DNA of 64,000 nucleotides, taken from Ignavibacteriota bacterium. GTDB taxonomy: Bacteria; Bacteroidota; Ignavibacteria; UBA10030. Each line of letters opens with the position of its first letter. Within the stretch, counting starts at the first letter, position 1. The notes under the pieces were generated by a model, which was given only the letters and a program-made list of their open reading frames with translations, was not told the origin of the DNA and did not search any database. Below are positions 38,711-50,167 of the stretch, piece by piece. A program made the translations under genes and the position numbers. The DNA lies in the NCBI GenBank assembly GCA_963727825.1, contig CAVSHO010000008.1, positions 1-64,000 on the forward strand, given 5' to 3'.

Positions 38711-40822
38711 GTGTCAAAAACAACAAGTAAAGAATATTCAATTGATAAAATTCGAAACATTGCATTTATCGGTCACGGAGGTTCGGGAAAAACGACGTTG
38801 ACCGAGTCGTTGATGTTTGTTTCAGGAGCGTCTGACCGCATGGGACGTGTGGAAGACGGTTCAACAATCTCTGATTATCATTCAGATGAAATTGAACGCA
38901 AGATTTCTATCAATGCCGCTGTCCTTCATACCGATTGGCAGGGGACAAAGATTAATATTATTGATACACCGGGTTATTCAGACTTCACAGGCGAAGTTAT
39001 AAGTTCTCTGCGTGTTGCCGATCTTGCGGTTGTTCTTGTAAAAGCAGTCGAGGGCGTGGAAGTCGGCACTGAGATCGTGTGGAACTATACTAAAGCCCTC
39101 AATCTGCCTTCACTTTTAGTGGTTAACAAATTGGATGCGGAAAACTCCGAGTTCGATCAAGCGTTTGCGACAGCAAAAGATCGTTTTGGGAATGATGTCG
39201 TGCAGGTGCAGTTTCCAGTGAACCAAGGGCTTTCATTTGACACTGTCGTGGATGTGCTTAAAATGAAGCTTTTAAAATTCAATCGGGAAGGCAACGGGAA
39301 ATTTATTGAGCTCGATATTCCCGCCGACTTGCAGCAGAAAGCCGAGCAGCTGCATGAAGAACTAATCGAGAAAATTGCAGAAACCGATGAAGCTTTGATG
39401 AATAAATTTTTCGAGGAAGGCACGTTGAAAGATACTGATCTCGAAAATGGTTTCCGCATTGCTTTGCTCGCACGAAAAATTTTCCCTGTCTTTTGTACTG
39501 CTGCTACGTTTGGCATTGGAGTTGGACCATTGATGAGCTTCATTGATACTTATGGGCCGTCGCCGAAGTATCGAGGTGCAGTCAAAGCAACAAACAGTAC
39601 CGATAAAAAAGAAATTGATGTGGATCCTAATACAGCGAAAGAACCGTCGCTCTTTGTATTTAAAACGGTTTCTGAAGAACACGTTGGCGAGTTATCCTAC
39701 TTCCGAGTTTATTCCGGTACAATCACGCCCGGGCTAGACTTATTGAACCAATCCAATGGTAAAGGCGAGCGCCTCGGACAATTATTTGTGATGAACGGCA
39801 AAGAACGTCAGGAAATTACTAGGCTAATTGCAGGTGACATAGGTGCTGTAGTGAAATTGAAAGACACGCATACCAACAACACTCTTAGCAGTCGGACATT
39901 TCCGGTCGTGTACGCACCAATCATCTTCCCCGATCCGGTTATACGAATGGCGATTCATTCCAAAGTTAAAGGGGATGAAGACCGTATGGCAAATGGATTG
40001 CATTCTTTGCACGAGGAAGACCCAACATTTGTTATTTCAGTCGACGGCAAACTCAGCCAGACAATCATTGCAGGACAGGGCGAATTGCATTTGCTCATAG
40101 TGACCAAGCGTCTGAAACTCAAGTACAGTGTTGATGTAGACTTGACTGAGCCAAAGATTCCATACAAAGAAGCAATTCGTGCAGTAGCAGCAGATGTGGA
40201 ATATAAACACAAGAAGCAGACAGGTGGACGCGGGCAGTACGGACACGTGCATATTAAAATTGAGCCACGACCGCGAGGCGCCGGATTTGAATTTGAAGAC
40301 GCTCTTGTTGGCGGTGTTGTGCCGGGCCGTTTTGTGCCGGCAGTTGAAAAGGGCGTTATTGAAACTATGCAGCGCGGCGTGCTTGCCGGTTATGAAGTCG
40401 TGGATGTGAAGGTAACAATTTTCGACGGCTCTTACCACGCGGTAGATTCTGACGAACATTCTTTCAAGATTGCCGGTTCTATGGCGTTTAGAAAAGGTAT
40501 TATGGAAGCGAAACCTATTCTTTTGGAACCGATCAATATTATTGAAGTGACAGTTCCGGAAGAATATATGGGCGATGTTATGGGCGATCTCTCAGGAAGG
40601 CGCGGAAAAATTCAAGGTATGGAAGCCGAAGGGCATTTCCAAGTTATTAAAGCCACAGTACCGATGGCTGAGATTCATAAATACTCTACGATCCTTCGCT
40701 CTATGACACAAGGACGTGGAGTGTATAAAACAAAGTTCTCGCATTACGATGAGATGCCTCGCGAACAAGCAGAGAAAGTTATCGAAACCAGCGCGAAAAA
40801 TAAGAAGGAAGAAGAAGAGTAA
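38711..40822 (+). CDS. Elongation factor G paralog (EF-G2 type)
   Basis: EF-G domains with divergent G1 GHGGSGKTT and switch-I RKISI; KKQTGGRGQYG; not in an str operon. Confidence 0.92.
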   Translation: MSKTTSKEYSIDKIRNIAFIGHGGSGKTTLTESLMFVSGASDRMGRVEDGSTISDYHSDEIERKISINAAVLHTDWQGTKINIIDTPGYSDFTGEVISSLRVADLAVVLVKAVEGVEVGTEIVWNYTKALNLPSLLVVNKLDAENSEFDQAFATAKDRFGNDVVQVQFPVNQGLSFDTVVDVLKMKLLKFNREGNGKFIELDIPADLQQKAEQLHEELIEKIAETDEALMNKFFEEGTLKDTDLENGFRIALLARKIFPVFCTAATFGIGVGPLMSFIDTYGPSPKYRGAVKATNSTDKKEIDVDPNTAKEPSLFVFKTVSEEHVGELSYFRVYSGTITPGLDLLNQSNGKGERLGQLFVMNGKERQEITRLIAGDIGAVVKLKDTHTNNTLSSRTFPVVYAPIIFPDPVIRMAIHSKVKGDEDRMANGLHSLHEEDPTFVISVDGKLSQTIIAGQGELHLLIVTKRLKLKYSVDVDLTEPKIPYKEAIRAVAADVEYKHKKQTGGRGQYGHVHIKIEPRPRGAGFEFEDALVGGVVPGRFVPAVEKGVIETMQRGVLAGYEVVDVKVTIFDGSYHAVDSDEHSFKIAGSMAFRKGIMEAKPILLEPINIIEVTVPEEYMGDVMGDLSGRRGKIQGMEAEGHFQVIKATVPMAEIHKYSTILRSMTQGRGVYKTKFSHYDEMPREQAEKVIETSAKNKKEEEE

Positions 40823-40880
40823 AATATTTTTTCTATGTAGTAGGGTTCAATATATTGAACCCTACAGAATTAATTATAAT

Positions 40881-41267
40881 TTAGGCTTTGATATTAAGAG
40901 TTGAATTGACTTTCTCGAGGAGCACATCGAGAGTAAATCCTTTTGCAAGATATTCTACCGTCGCGCCCTTCTTCCATTCCTTGTACAATTGCTCATCAAT
41001 AGTCATCATTATTATAGGGATATCAGCCGTTTCCTTGCGCTCCTTTAATATCTCTAACATATTGTAACCATTGAGATTCTTCATAAAAACATCGCTGATA
41101 ATCAAATCAGGGTGGTGCTGTTTCGCAAGCTCAAGCCCTACAAGTCCATCTTCGGCTTCCAGTGTTTCATAGCCGCCTTTCAATTTTAGTGCAGCAGATA
41201 TAGATTTACGTACAGAATCATCGTCGTCAACAACGAGTATTTTTTTCCCCATAAGGAAACCTCTCAT
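40881..41267 (-). CDS. Single-domain response regulator
   Basis: ILVVDDD, PDLIISD, IIMMT, YLAK. Confidence 0.88.
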   Translation of the reverse strand: MRGFLMGKKILVVDDDDSVRKSISAALKLKGGYETLEAEDGLVGLELAKQHHPDLIISDVFMKNLNGYNMLEILKERKETADIPIIMMTIDEQLYKEWKKGATVEYLAKGFTLDVLLEKVNSTLNIKA

Positions 41268-41368
41268 TTTATTATTTTAATAATTTACAAAATTTCGCAC
41301 TTAATTACAAGGCGATAGGACAATCTCATTTTATCGTCTCCTTTTTTTTCTGTATCTTAAATTAATAT

Positions 41369-44194
41369 ATGACAAAACGAAAAAAAAGGGTACAAGAAAA
41401 CCTTCCGAAGGTTTCTCAGAAGCCATCTGATATAATTATTCGCGGGGTAAGAGTTCATAATCTTAAGAACATCAACCTGACGCTGCCGCGGAATAAATTA
41501 ATTGTCGTCACTGGAGTAAGCGGTTCCGGCAAATCAAGTCTTGCGTTCGATACTATTTACGCTGAGGGTCAGCGCCGTTATGTTGAAAGTCTTTCTTCTT
41601 ACGCCCGACAGTTTCTTGAGCGCATGGAAAAGCCAGATGTTGATTTGATTCAAGGTATTAGTCCGGCGATTGCCATTGAACAAAAAACCACTTCACGCAA
41701 TCCGCGATCAACTGTTGCTACTTCCACAGAAATTTACGATTACCTTCGACTGCTCTTTGGCCGTATTGGAAAAACGTATTGCCGCGTTTGCGGTAAATTG
41801 ATAAATAGAAATACTGTAACTACGGTTGTCGATAGAGTGCAGCAAGAACCGGATGGAGCAAAAGTGTATATAATGTTCCCTATGCATGAACATGCGGGGC
41901 GCACGATGAAGGAAGAAGTAGACGCTCTCAAGAAGCGCGGTTTCTTCCGGCTTTTTATAGACGGCGAATTGATCGACCTGAATGAATGGGATTTCAAAGC
42001 GAAATCAAAGAAGAACATTCATGTGTTGATAGACCGCCTTGTCGTGCGCAGAAATGAAAAAGAAAACGTAACGCGTCTGGCAGATTCCATTCAAACTGCT
42101 TTTGAAGAAGGAAGCGGATATGCGCATATTTATTTATTGGAGCAAAAACAACTTCTCCGGTTTTCCCAGCATTTCGAGTGCATCGAAGATGGCATTCGAT
42201 ATGAAGACCCGGAGCCGCGGCTTTTTTCGTTCAATAATCCGGTCGGTGCATGTCCCAGGTGCCAAGGATTCGGCAGAATCATCGGCATTGACATGGATCT
42301 TGTTGTGCCGGATCCCAGCAAGACGATTCGACAAGGTGCTATCTTACCGTGGACATTTCCCCACTGGCGGGAAAATCTTATCGATCTGCTCCGCGTTGCA
42401 AAGGAAGTAAATATTCCGGTAGATATTCCCTTTAACGAATTGACAAAAGAACAACTTGCCATAGTGATGAACGGCTGTAAAGGGTTCGATGGCATTAATA
42501 AGTATTTCAAGTTCATCGAACGCAAGTCATATAAAATGCATTATCGCGTACTCCTCAGCCGCTTTCGCGGATATACAACTTGTGAGGAATGCGGCGGTTC
42601 GCGTTTACGCAAGGAAGTGCTTAATGTTCGTGTCGGTGGAAAAAATATCCGTGACATTGTACAAATGACAATTGAAAATGCAAACCAATTTTTCAAGGAT
42701 ATTGTGTTCTCGAAATACGAAGAGGAAGCTGCCAAACGTATTTTAGAAGAAATTCGCAAACGGCTTAGTTTTCTCGATGAGATAGGACTTGGCTATATTA
42801 CACTTGATCGTTTGTCGATGACCCTTTCCGGTGGCGAATCTCAGCGCATCAATCTCGCAACTTCACTCGGCTCTTCGCTGATGGGATCGCTTTACGTTCT
42901 TGATGAACCGACCATCGGACTGCATCCGCGCGACAACGGACGGCTCATTGCTATTCTGAAATCATTACGTGATATCGGAAACACAGTGCTCGTCGTTGAG
43001 CACGATGATGAGATGATGCGCGAAGCCGATATGATTGTAGATATAGGACCGCGAGCCGGTGAACATGGCGGCGAACTTGTCTTTCAAGGAAAAATGGAAC
43101 AGCTTCTCCAGCACCAGATATCTCTTACTGCACGATACTTGAATGGTACATTGAAAATTCCAACGCCAAAATCAAGAAGAGCAGACAATGAGCAATCAAT
43201 TTTTATTCATCGTGCATCGGAAAATAATTTAAAGAATATTGATATCCGTATTCCGCTGAATATGTTCGTTTGTGTGACAGGTGTGAGCGGATCCGGTAAA
43301 AGTACGCTTATACATGAAGTATTGTATGCTGGAATAATGAAACGAAAAGGCGGCTATGATGGAACTGCGGGCAAATGTAGAGCGATCGATGGACTCGATT
43401 ATATCAATCGTGTCGAATTAGTGGATCAATCACCCATTGGCAGAAGTCCGCGCTCGAATCCAATCACTTACATTAAAATTTTCGATCTCATCCGCGACTT
43501 GCTTGCCCACACGCCGGTGGCGAAGACACACGGCTACTCGCCAGGTCATTTTTCATTCAACGTACCTGGCGGCAGGTGCGAAGTATGCGAGGGCGACGGC
43601 TTACAGCGCATCGAGATGCAGTTTCTCGCAGATATTTTTCTGCCATGCGAATCGTGCAAGGGAAAACGCTTTAAGCAGGAGGTGTTGGACGTCCGATACC
43701 GTGGCAAGAATGTAGATGATATTTTGAATATGACAGTAACAGAGGCAATGGAGTTTTTCTCTCTTACACCGGATAGCCGGCGCATAGCAAAACGATTGAA
43801 GGTATTGGATGATGTTGGGTTGGGCTATTTACGACTTGGACAACCTGCAACAACGCTTTCAGGCGGTGAAGCACAGCGCATTAAACTTGCTCACCATCTT
43901 TCCATTACTGAGCAGGAAGGCAAAGCGCTCTTCATTTTCGATGAACCTACAACCGGGCTTCACTTTGATGATATTGCAAAACTTCTTAAATGTTTTGATG
44001 CGCTTGTCGAGGCGGGACATTCCATCATCGTTATCGAACACAATATGGATGTTGTTAAGTGTGCCGACTTTGTAATTGATTTGGGACCTGAAGCAGGCGA
44101 ACGGGGCGGAGAAATTGTTGCAACAGGTACTCCGGAAGAAATTGCTCAAAATCCGCGTTCATACACAGGTGGTTTTTTGAAAAGGCACATCTAA
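41369..44194 (+). CDS. uvrA: Excinuclease ABC subunit A
   Basis: Two GVSGSGKS Walker A motifs, LSGGE signatures, zinc fingers, FSFN. Confidence 0.96.
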   Translation: MTKRKKRVQENLPKVSQKPSDIIIRGVRVHNLKNINLTLPRNKLIVVTGVSGSGKSSLAFDTIYAEGQRRYVESLSSYARQFLERMEKPDVDLIQGISPAIAIEQKTTSRNPRSTVATSTEIYDYLRLLFGRIGKTYCRVCGKLINRNTVTTVVDRVQQEPDGAKVYIMFPMHEHAGRTMKEEVDALKKRGFFRLFIDGELIDLNEWDFKAKSKKNIHVLIDRLVVRRNEKENVTRLADSIQTAFEEGSGYAHIYLLEQKQLLRFSQHFECIEDGIRYEDPEPRLFSFNNPVGACPRCQGFGRIIGIDMDLVVPDPSKTIRQGAILPWTFPHWRENLIDLLRVAKEVNIPVDIPFNELTKEQLAIVMNGCKGFDGINKYFKFIERKSYKMHYRVLLSRFRGYTTCEECGGSRLRKEVLNVRVGGKNIRDIVQMTIENANQFFKDIVFSKYEEEAAKRILEEIRKRLSFLDEIGLGYITLDRLSMTLSGGESQRINLATSLGSSLMGSLYVLDEPTIGLHPRDNGRLIAILKSLRDIGNTVLVVEHDDEMMREADMIVDIGPRAGEHGGELVFQGKMEQLLQHQISLTARYLNGTLKIPTPKSRRADNEQSIFIHRASENNLKNIDIRIPLNMFVCVTGVSGSGKSTLIHEVLYAGIMKRKGGYDGTAGKCRAIDGLDYINRVELVDQSPIGRSPRSNPITYIKIFDLIRDLLAHTPVAKTHGYSPGHFSFNVPGGRCEVCEGDGLQRIEMQFLADIFLPCESCKGKRFKQEVLDVRYRGKNVDDILNMTVTEAMEFFSLTPDSRRIAKRLKVLDDVGLGYLRLGQPATTLSGGEAQRIKLAHHLSITEQEGKALFIFDEPTTGLHFDDIAKLLKCFDALVEAGHSIIVIEHNMDVVKCADFVIDLGPEAGERGGEIVATGTPEEIAQNPRSYTGGFLKRHI

Positions 44195-44201
44195 TATCCG
44201 C

Positions 44202-44966
44202 TTAAAACAACGAACCGAAAGTCAGCGTTATAAATAATCCGCCGAAGTTCCTCATATAGCCGCCTTCCATAACTTCAATTCCATTTGGAAACTGTGCAAG
44301 GAAATATTTTACGCTGAGGCCAGTTAACGTTCCCTTTTCCATCCCAAAATATGCGCCCGCTCCAATATAGCCGCCAAGAGTGTATCGCATCTTACCATAC
44401 TTTAAGCTAGTGAAAAAATCTATTTTTCCGGGATCGGTATAAGCATACGTTCCATCCGAATAATAATAATTAGTCGGATTTGCATACGGCGAAACGTACA
44501 CCATTGTTGGTCCAAGTCCAGCATTAATGAATGGCCTGAAATTATCTACAATATCATCTTTGAATAATCGGTACTGTACACCTACCGTAAACGGTATCAT
44601 CAGAAGCCGGTTCTTTTTTCCCGGAATGTAACTGTTACCATAATAATCATATTGTTCAAATTCAGTTTCATCCTTCACGTCCGAGACGGCAAAGTTTAGC
44701 ATCATAGAAAGTTCGTCAGTAAATTCATACCGATAAAACATACCGAGACCGAATCCATTATTTGACATAAGAAGATCGAGTCCCCATGCCTTTACCATCG
44801 GTCTGTAACTTTGCGGCTGAATAAGATTTGGATTGGATGGTGTAAAGATGATCGTTGTGTCCGGTGTTGCAGGTGATTGCGCGAAGACGTTTGTGCCAAG
44901 GAAGAATATAACAAAGAGGAATAGGACTGTGCGATATGAGTTTGTGTTGTATTCCATCGGTTTCAA
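44202..44966 (-). CDS. Outer-membrane beta-barrel hypothetical protein
   Basis: Signal peptide, alternating aromatic strands, terminal Phe. Confidence 0.75.
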   Translation of the reverse strand: MKPMEYNTNSYRTVLFLFVIFFLGTNVFAQSPATPDTTIIFTPSNPNLIQPQSYRPMVKAWGLDLLMSNNGFGLGMFYRYEFTDELSMMLNFAVSDVKDETEFEQYDYYGNSYIPGKKNRLLMIPFTVGVQYRLFKDDIVDNFRPFINAGLGPTMVYVSPYANPTNYYYSDGTYAYTDPGKIDFFTSLKYGKMRYTLGGYIGAGAYFGMEKGTLTGLSVKYFLAQFPNGIEVMEGGYMRNFGGLFITLTFGSLF

Positions 44967-45033
44967 TTTAATAACAGTTTAATTTTACAAAATATTCCGC
45001 AACTACGCAGCACTTTTTAATAAACAGTGGAAT

Positions 45034-45202
45034 AATTCCCTCTCCTTTTAGGAGAGGGTTAGCCTGCCCGCCGCACAGAGCTTGCTTTGGCAGGCGGGAG
45101 TGAGGTCAAAAAAAGAAATGATCCCACCTTTGCGCCAGAGGCGCATCCGCCTCTGGCGGAAGTCCTCACCTATTCTCGCACAAAACGCGGAGGGGAGGAG
45201 AT
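45034..45202. repeat. REP-like inverted pair (ccctctcc...ggagagggttag.gtgagg family) with nested palindromic inserts
   Basis: ttccctctccttttaggagagggttag[cctgcccgcc...ggcaggc]gggagtgagg ... [gcgccagaggcgc-atccgcctctggcgga]. Confidence 0.7.
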
Positions 45203-45282
45203 TATATTGAAAAAATCTAGCACTATTCAAGACCATGTTGACTATTTACAAAAATACAGAAAATAACGAATACCTCATAAAT

Positions 45283-46446
45283 TTATCGAACAGCGAAGAT
45301 CGCAAATTTCAAATACTTCGTTTCCGGCATCGCTAGTATAACCGGATGATCTGGAGCTGCACCTGCAAATTCTAAAAGTTGCACGTACCGTTTCGCTTTT
45401 ACCGCAGCTTGTTCGATGGCGGAAAGAAATCCGTCCTCTGTAATATGGTGCGAGCAAGATGCTGTGACAAGAAATCCGCCTGCGTTTATCAACCGCATTG
45501 CCGCCGCGTTAATTTCTTTGTATCCGCGCAGTGCAGCCGGAATGTTCTTCTTGCTTTTCGTGAACGATGGCGGATCAAGTATAACCATGTCGATTTTTTT
45601 ATTCTCCTCACCAAGCAATTTCAGTTTAGCAGATATATCACCGATTTCAAATTCAACAGCAGCTGAGTTCAATCGAGCGTTCACTTTGGCTTTTGTAATT
45701 GCGTTCTCAGAAATATCTACTCCATGCACAGATGCTGCCTTTGCAAAGGCGGCGTGTAAGGCGAATCCGCCTTCGTTGCAGAAACAATCCAATACGGTTC
45801 CGCCAATTGCGTAGCGATGAATTGCTTTCCTATTTTCGCGTTGATCAAGAAAAAAGCCGGTTTTTTGTCCATTCATTACATCTACTTCAAATTTCACACC
45901 ATCATCTATAATTGTAATACCGGCATTTCCCCGTAAAACTTTTTTCTCTAATGGTAATTCTTCCAGAGTACGAATTGCAACATCATTCCGGGCAATAATA
46001 GCTTTGGGATGAAAAATTGTCTCCAAAACATTGCAAATTAATTCTGTTTGTTTGTCCATTCCTGCAGATAGAATTTGCAAGGAAATGAACTCGTTATATT
46101 TATCGATGATCAAACCCGGTAGAAAATCGCTTTCACCGTGTGTGAGCCGAAATGTTTCTGCGCCGGGGTAAAGCCGTTGCCGCAGCGTAAGCGCTTGCTG
46201 AATTCTTCTCTCAAAAAAACTAAAACCGATTTCTTCCGGCTCTGATGTAAGAAAACGGAAGGCGATAAGCGAATGAGGATGATAGAAACCGAGCCCAAGA
46301 AACTTTTGGTCATTCCGGAGCAGTTCAACGACATCGCCGATTTCCGGTGTGCCACGAATAGATGCAATCTCATTGCTGAAAACCCATTGGTGTCCAGCAG
46401 CAATTCTGTGCTCTTCGTTTTTCTTGAGTATAATTTGATTTTTCAT
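45283..46446 (-). CDS. RlmI-like class I SAM-dependent rRNA methyltransferase
   Basis: PUA-like GHQWVFSNEI, GQKTGFFLDQRENR, LDPPSF, SCSHH, PETKYLK. Confidence 0.9.
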   Translation of the reverse strand: MKNQIILKKNEEHRIAAGHQWVFSNEIASIRGTPEIGDVVELLRNDQKFLGLGFYHPHSLIAFRFLTSEPEEIGFSFFERRIQQALTLRQRLYPGAETFRLTHGESDFLPGLIIDKYNEFISLQILSAGMDKQTELICNVLETIFHPKAIIARNDVAIRTLEELPLEKKVLRGNAGITIIDDGVKFEVDVMNGQKTGFFLDQRENRKAIHRYAIGGTVLDCFCNEGGFALHAAFAKAASVHGVDISENAITKAKVNARLNSAAVEFEIGDISAKLKLLGEENKKIDMVILDPPSFTKSKKNIPAALRGYKEINAAAMRLINAGGFLVTASCSHHITEDGFLSAIEQAAVKAKRYVQLLEFAGAAPDHPVILAMPETKYLKFAIFAVR

Positions 46447-46828
46447 AAAGTCAAATTAGAGAGTTTTTGAAGGATAAGCAAGCTTGAGCATTTCACTCAA
46501 TCTGGGAGTTTGGGTGCGATAGAATTCAAAACCTCATTCTCAAAATCAGCGTTATTAAGATAGGCGAACAGGTGTTTGGGAATGGAAAAACAGTCGTAGA
46601 GTCCCCGCCCGCCTACATTAAGAATGGATTCCATAAGTTTTTTGTAATGAAATGTTTTTAATGAATCGTAAAATATCTTTTGATAAAGAGACAAGATTAG
46701 ATAAACGGTATTCCGCTTGATGCCTTTTGTGTTTATATTAATACTATACAGTGCGGTCGTTACTTTTTAGTGGGTTTCTGAATAAAGTAACACTCTTGAG
46801 AAATTATTATAGTAATAAGGAATAATTA

Positions 46829-47483
46829 TTGAAAAATATAAAATGTATTGTATTCGATATGGATGGAACATTGACGCAAACAAACCAGCTCATATATGAT
46901 TCGTTTAATTACATAGCGCAAAAATATGCCGGAAGAACATTTAATATCCCTGAAATAACCGCGATGTTCGGTCCGCCGGAAGAAGAAGCGTTGCTCGCTA
47001 TCGTTCACCCGGAACAAGTTGACAGTGCGATGAAAGACTATCTCTCGTTCTATCGTACACATCACAATCAATTGGCGCAAATTTATCCCGGTATGGAGAA
47101 CATTCTAAGTTCGATAAAGGAACGCGGTAAAATGCTGGCTATTTTCACCGGCAAGGGAACGTCCACCACAAAAATTACTTTACAGGAATTTCGTATTGAA
47201 AAATATTTTGAATATGTGAGTAACAGGGAATGATGTTGTCAAACGCAAACCATCTTCAGAAGGACTGTTTAAGATTATGAAACACTTTGCGCTTCAGCCG
47301 GATGAAATGCTGATGGTGGGAGATTCTGTTTCTGATGTGAATGCCGCACGCGAAGCCGGCGTAAAGATTGCAGCTGTTGTGTGGGATTCATACGCGAAAG
47401 AAACAGTGCTGCAGATGAAAACAGATTTTGTATTTAATAACACAAAAGAATTTCAAGACTGGCTGAATATGCAGTTCAATTAA
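46829..47483 (+). CDS. HAD-family phosphatase, one frameshift near 47219
   Basis: FDMDGTL, FTGK; VTGNDVVKRKP continues in the shifted frame into MVGDSVSD. Confidence 0.85.
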
Positions 47484-47579
47484 AAATATAAAACGAAAAA
47501 ATCATCCACCATCCTCGCTGGAAAGGCTGTGGCGACATAATATTGAATCCTGTACAACTTCAGTTAAAAGGAATAAATA

Positions 47580-48575
47580 ATGGAACCCTTGAATGTTGGT
47601 GTTGTCGGCGTTGGGCATCTTGGAAGTCTCCACACGAAAATGTATGCGCAAATTCCATCGGTTAAATTGGTCGGCGTATATGATGCCGACTCGCAGCGAA
47701 CACGAAAGTTAGCAAATGAGTTTGGGATCAAAGCATTCCCAACTCTTGACGAACTGCTGTCTCAAGTCGAAGCAGTCAGCATTGCAACAACAACACAATC
47801 GCACTACGATGTAGCGATGCAAGTAATAAAACGGGACGTGCATCTTCTAATCGAGAAACCGATCACCGCAACCATCGAACAAGCAAAAGCGCTGACAGAA
47901 CGGGCAGATATAAAAGGATTGAAATTACAGGTTGGACATATTGAGCGTTTCAACCCGGCAATCCTTGCGTTGGAACCGTACAATATTACTCCGCTGTTCA
48001 TTGAATCTCATCGTCTGGCACAATTTAATCCGCGCGGATCAGATGTGGCAGTGGTGCTTGACTTGATGATTCATGATATTGATTTGATTTTGAGCCTGGT
48101 GAAATCGAAAGTGACGCGCATTGATGCCAATGGTATTGCTGTTATCTCAGATACACCTGATATTGCCAACGCACGCTTACAGTTTGAAAATGGCTGTGTT
48201 GCCAATGTAACGGCAAGCCGTATTTCGCAAAACAAAATGCGAAAGATGCGAATGTTTCAACGAGACGCATACATATCCATAGATTTTGCACAGGGATTAG
48301 CAGAAGTATTTCGTTTGGTCGACGAACAAACACCCAATGTAAAATCAACGATGATGCTTGGCAAGATCGATCAAGGTCAGCACAAACGTATAATTGTGTA
48401 CGAACAACCAGAAGTACAAGAAGTGAATGCATTGAAGTACGAACTTGAGCGTTTTGTCGAGTCCGTGCAAAAGAACCTGGAAACACCTGTTACCGGCCGT
48501 GATGGCTTGCATGCGCTGGAAGTGGCACAAGAAATTTTACAGAAGATTGAATCGCAGAAAATTACTATGGCATAA
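47580..48575 (+). CDS. Gfo/Idh/MocA-family oxidoreductase
   Basis: GVVGVGHLG, EKP, GHIERFNP, DLMIHDID. Confidence 0.92.
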   Translation: MEPLNVGVVGVGHLGSLHTKMYAQIPSVKLVGVYDADSQRTRKLANEFGIKAFPTLDELLSQVEAVSIATTTQSHYDVAMQVIKRDVHLLIEKPITATIEQAKALTERADIKGLKLQVGHIERFNPAILALEPYNITPLFIESHRLAQFNPRGSDVAVVLDLMIHDIDLILSLVKSKVTRIDANGIAVISDTPDIANARLQFENGCVANVTASRISQNKMRKMRMFQRDAYISIDFAQGLAEVFRLVDEQTPNVKSTMMLGKIDQGQHKRIIVYEQPEVQEVNALKYELERFVESVQKNLETPVTGRDGLHALEVAQEILQKIESQKITMA

Positions 48576-48588
48576 TTATCCAATAGCT

Positions 48589-50025
48589 ATGATAACAAAG
48601 CGTATTGACATTCATGATGAAATTCTAAAACGTGTCGGTGCAGTTGCCGACCGTGAGAGTATCGCCGCGTACGTTGTTGGAGGCTATGTGCGTGATATTC
48701 TGCTTGGCAAGGAAGTTAAAGATACAGACATCGTTGTTATCGGTAGTGGCGTGGAGTTTGCAAAAAAAGTTGCTAAGGATTTTGGAAGAACAAATCTCAT
48801 TCTATTTGAAAACTTTGGTACAGCGATGTTGCCGTTAGATGATAGGAAATTGGAATTTGTTGGTGCACGGAAAGAAAGTTATCGGAAAGATTCCCGAAAA
48901 CCACATGTTGAAGTCGGAACGCTCAACGAAGATTTATCGCGGCGGGATTTTACAGTGAATGCGATGGCGGCAAGCCTGAATGAAAAAACATTCGGTGAAA
49001 TTACCGACCCGTTTGATTGTGAAAGTGACCTGAAGAAAAAAATACTGCGTACACCACTCGACCCGGAAAATACATTCGATGACGATCCGCTTCGCATTAT
49101 GCGCGCTATGCGTTTTGCTTCGCAGCTTGGGTTTGATATAGAGCCCGGCGTGCTGAAGGCGGCAAAGAAGATGGCAGAACGGTTGACGATTGTTTCACAG
49201 GAGCGCATAACAGATGAATTCCTAAAAATTATGGCAAGTCCCAAACCGTCCATCGGGCTTCAATTGATGTACGACTCGGACGTAATGCGAATTGTCTTTC
49301 CCGAAATTGCAGAGATGTCGGGTGTAGATCAGCGAAAAGATTACCATCATAAAGATGTTTTCAAGCATACGCTGCAAGTTGTCGATAAAGTTGCCGCGGC
49401 ATCGGAAAATCTTTGGCTGCGTATGGCGGCGCTTCTGCACGATATCGGTAAACCGAAGACGAAAGTATTCAAACCGTCAATCGGCTGGACATTTCATGGA
49501 CACGAAGACCTTGGCGCGCGAATGGTAAAGCGGATCTTCCGCCGGATGCGATTTCCGCTGGAGAATCTTCCATATATCGAAAAGTTAATTCGCCTTCATC
49601 TCCGTCCACAGGCATTAGTCGATGACGGCGTCACAGATTCCGCCGTTCGCCGATTGATGTTTGAAACAGGCAATGATATTGATGATCTTATGCTGTTATG
49701 CAGAGCTGATATTACATCAAAGAATCAAGAACTTATTGAGAAAGTGAAACGAAACTACGATCTTGTTATTACCAAGATGGTTGAGGTGGAAGAAAAAGAC
49801 CGTATTCGGAACTGGCAACCGCCGTTACGCGGCGAAGAAATTATGTCAATTTGTGGATTAACCGAAGGCCCGATGGTTGGAGTATTGAAAGATAGAATCA
49901 CGGATGCCATTCTTGATGGTGCTATTCCGAACGAGCACGAAGCAGCTTTGCAGTACCTTCTTTCAATTAAAGATGAAGTGATGAGTAAGCCGACTATAAA
50001 GAAAAGACGTTCTAATGAAAAATGA
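48589..50025 (+). CDS. tRNA nucleotidyltransferase (CCA/poly(A) polymerase family) with HD domain
   Basis: VGGYVRD, DTDIV, RRDFTVNA, DDPLRIMRA, LLHDIGK. Confidence 0.92.
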   Translation: MITKRIDIHDEILKRVGAVADRESIAAYVVGGYVRDILLGKEVKDTDIVVIGSGVEFAKKVAKDFGRTNLILFENFGTAMLPLDDRKLEFVGARKESYRKDSRKPHVEVGTLNEDLSRRDFTVNAMAASLNEKTFGEITDPFDCESDLKKKILRTPLDPENTFDDDPLRIMRAMRFASQLGFDIEPGVLKAAKKMAERLTIVSQERITDEFLKIMASPKPSIGLQLMYDSDVMRIVFPEIAEMSGVDQRKDYHHKDVFKHTLQVVDKVAAASENLWLRMAALLHDIGKPKTKVFKPSIGWTFHGHEDLGARMVKRIFRRMRFPLENLPYIEKLIRLHLRPQALVDDGVTDSAVRRLMFETGNDIDDLMLLCRADITSKNQELIEKVKRNYDLVITKMVEVEEKDRIRNWQPPLRGEEIMSICGLTEGPMVGVLKDRITDAILDGAIPNEHEAALQYLLSIKDEVMSKPTIKKRRSNEK

Positions 50026-50167
50026 AACAACCTAGCAATTGTTAGCGTCTAAAGGTGTTGATTGGATTAAAATTTTATTTAGTTTAATGTAACTTTACCG
50101 TAAATAGACCGTTTATATGATGTAGTTTTTAATTTCCTACCAATTTAGAAACAATGGAGAAGTATCA

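Noticed and set aside
46497-46694. 65-aa - strand ORF between the methyltransferase and HAD genes
   Set aside because: No motif or clear start; cannot be supported as a gene
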